A DNA stretch of 5,920 bases from a virus: the IMG/VR virus record IMGVR_UViG_3300005319_000012, positions 1 to 5,920 of that record; one strand, 5' to 3'. Shown one piece after another: positions 4,492 through 5,920 of the stretch (its first letter is position 1; every line of letters starts with the position of its first letter). The notes below the pieces were generated by a model. The model ran no database searches, was not told the origin of the DNA, and saw only the letters and a list, made by a program, of their open reading frames with translations. Position numbers and translations under genes: made by a program.

Positions 4492-4827
4492 TTAATTTTC
4501 AGTTCCTTGTGTTGACTCGGCTCCGCCGTTTTTATCTTTGTTTATATTGATTATTTTTGCTTCTTTTTCAGCCATTCTGTCTGCTCTTTTTGCTGTGTGT
4601 GTTTTACTTACTTTGTCCATTGCGTCGATCGCGACTTCGAATCTATCCGTTCTTACGTTGTATCCTGCTAATACTCCTTCTTTCCTTTCTGTATATATCA
4701 TCGGAGCTCCGTCTGTTATTGGCTCTTTGTTGTTTACAACTCTTTCGATTTTTTGTTCTATAGTTTCTCCCTCTAACGAGTCGTTTTCGTTTATTGAGGT
4801 TTCTTGCATTTTGTTTTGTTTGTACAT
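4492..4827 (-). CDS. Small 111-aa protein downstream of the capsid gene, with an acidic N-terminus and the motif IYTERKEGVLAGYNVRTDRFEVAIDAMD. Function unassigned, possibly scaffolding or assembly.
   Basis: ORF track. The ATG at 4827-4825 follows the VP1 stop by 13 nt (TAA AAAAAAGAAAATA ATG). TAA at 4492-4494. Genome-typical codon use. The IYTER...RTDRF-type motif seems familiar from small ORFs of uncultured microviruses, but I cannot verify that here. Confidence 0.75.
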   Translation of the reverse strand: MYKQNKMQETSINENDSLEGETIEQKIERVVNNKEPITDGAPMIYTERKEGVLAGYNVRTDRFEVAIDAMDKVSKTHTAKRADRMAEKEAKIININKDKNGGAESTQGTEN

Positions 4828-4840
4828 TATTTTCTTTTTT

Positions 4841-5920
4841 TTATAGATTTGGCATTATTTTTGCACTCATTTTTCTTCTTGCTGTTATGTCTACTCCTAT
4901 TTGTGCCCAAAAGTTTTGTGCGTCTCTACTTGTTTGTGCGAATATGTGATTGAATTTTACTGGGTCTATATATGTTGTTAGGTCTTTTATTTGTCCTGTT
5001 GCTCCATCCATTTCGTATCTTCTGTTTAGAGTCATGAACATTTCATTGTCTGCTATGGCAAAATTCCCTCTTGTTTGGTTTACATTTGTCATATAGTTTA
5101 GCCATGCTGGTTGTTTCCCTGCACTTCTGAATTCTATTTTTGTTGGATTCCCCATTGTTATGTTTGTGTCAAATGCTGCCATTTGGTCGGTTATTAGGTC
5201 TTGGAATCCTATTTGATCTAACGCTGGTTTATGGAAATCGTCCATTGTTTTTAGATTTGTGTCCCATTTGTTTCCTTGACTGTAGTCGACTCTAGGTGTT
5301 AGGCTTATTATTCCCATTATGTAGCTCGGTTCGTCTACTTTTATTGTCACGTGGCCTCCTTTTCTTTTTCCTGCCATTACGCCTCTTCCTGCTAGTGTTC
5401 CTAGTGGTTGTTCTCCGTCTCCTGCTTCTGCGTTGCTTATTACTTCTTGAAACACTAATTCTTTTATTAGTCCGCCCATGTACATTGGTGTTGTTGCTAA
5501 TGTTACTCTGTCGTGCATGTAAACTGCTCTTTGCCAATCATCGTATGTCCCTCCGCTTATTGCAATTCTATTTAGCATTTCATATACTTTTGTTGCTAAT
5601 TGAAATGTGTCGATTGAAAAATTTCCATCTGATGTGTCTATTGCAGTTATTGCGTTTATTCCGTTTTCTCCATCAATCCATTCCGTTTGCATCCAATTAT
5701 TAAATAAATCGCTTTGATACGTTTTTATTGCTAATCCCTCTTGTGTTGTTAGTTTTGCCCACGTTTTATTTGTTCCGCTCCCTAGTTCTAGTAGTGGTAG
5801 GTTGTATGGTTCTAAGTTTGTGTTTTTACTTATTGTGAATGGAGACGATTGTTTTGTGTATATTAATATGTTTTCCCTCATGTCATCTAAGTTTTTTAGT
5901 GGGAATGTTTTTATTTTTGG
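4841..5920 (-). CDS. VP1: Major capsid protein VP1, C-terminal part (stop TAA at 4841-4843). It is open upstream to the window end. 5374-5920 duplicates 1-547.
   Basis: ORF track 4841..5881 (346 aa, MRENILIYTKQ...AKIMPNL). The frame stays open to 5920 and is contiguous with the 1..1435 segment through the circular junction. This is the largest ORF of the genome, as expected for the capsid gene. Confidence 0.9.
   Translation of the reverse strand, partial: PKIKTFPLKNLDDMRENILIYTKQSSPFTISKNTNLEPYNLPLLELGSGTNKTWAKLTTQEGLAIKTYQSDLFNNWMQTEWIDGENGINAITAIDTSDGNFSIDTFQLATKVYEMLNRIAISGGTYDDWQRAVYMHDRVTLATTPMYMGGLIKELVFQEVISNAEAGDGEQPLGTLAGRGVMAGKRKGGHVTIKVDEPSYIMGIISLTPRVDYSQGNKWDTNLKTMDDFHKPALDQIGFQDLITDQMAAFDTNITMGNPTKIEFRSAGKQPAWLNYMTNVNQTRGNFAIADNEMFMTLNRRYEMDGATGQIKDLTTYIDPVKFNHIFAQTSRDAQNFWAQIGVDITARRKMSAKIMPNL
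5374..5920. repeat. Terminal redundancy, copy 2 (identical to 1-547).
   Basis: Same comparison as for 1-547. The offset is 5373. Confidence 0.95.

Noticed and set aside
22-5703. All plus-strand ORFs in the track (22..330, 717..905, 1027..1239, 1297..1530, 1430..1741, 1575..2060, 2332..2715, 2770..3069, 3078..3386, 3346..3552, 3586..4005, 3734..4228, 4012..4245, 4538..4846, 4557..4763, 5296..5703).
   Set aside because: Their products are low-complexity Leu/Phe/Ser/Cys-rich strings. That is what translating the complement of an A/G-rich coding strand gives (T-rich codons, few stops). Each lies antisense to a well-supported minus-strand gene, and none shows a recognisable motif.

Overview
The window is a complete, circularly permuted genome of a small ssDNA phage of the family Microviridae. 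It belongs to the non-phiX174, gokusho-/alpa-like type. Positions 1-547 are an exact copy of 5374-5920 (offset 5373), so the unit genome is 5373 nt and the window runs 547 nt past the circle junction. All credible genes lie on the minus strand and are tightly packed, about 94% coding by my coordinates. Going down the minus strand the order is: pilot/minor capsid protein VP2 (3363-4199); rolling-circle Rep VP4 (2318-3361); a 70-aa protein; two tandem single-helix mini-proteins absent from the ORF track (1966-2049 and 1876-1965); overlapping 71-aa and 92-aa ORFs; a 655-aa major capsid protein VP1 split by the window edge (1435->1, continuing 5373->4841); a 111-aa protein (4492-4827); then the only sizeable non-coding region (4285-4491). 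Points worth follow-up are listed here. (1) The tandem membrane mini-peptides. (2) An 80% GC, 40-nt stem-loop with a C7 tract inside the 3' end of rep, in an otherwise AT-rich genome. (3) An intergenic 12-bp hairpin followed by a T-run, whose loop carries an ATATTA core; it is a terminator and/or origin candidate. (4) An extreme A-rich, T-starved coding strand with almost universal A-ending codons. (5) A TTTG-N19-TAnnTTTG (Bacteroides-type) promoter match downstream of rep. (6) A stereotyped TAA-A5-ATG gene junction used three times. Family assignments rest on motifs I recognise by eye. No database search was possible.
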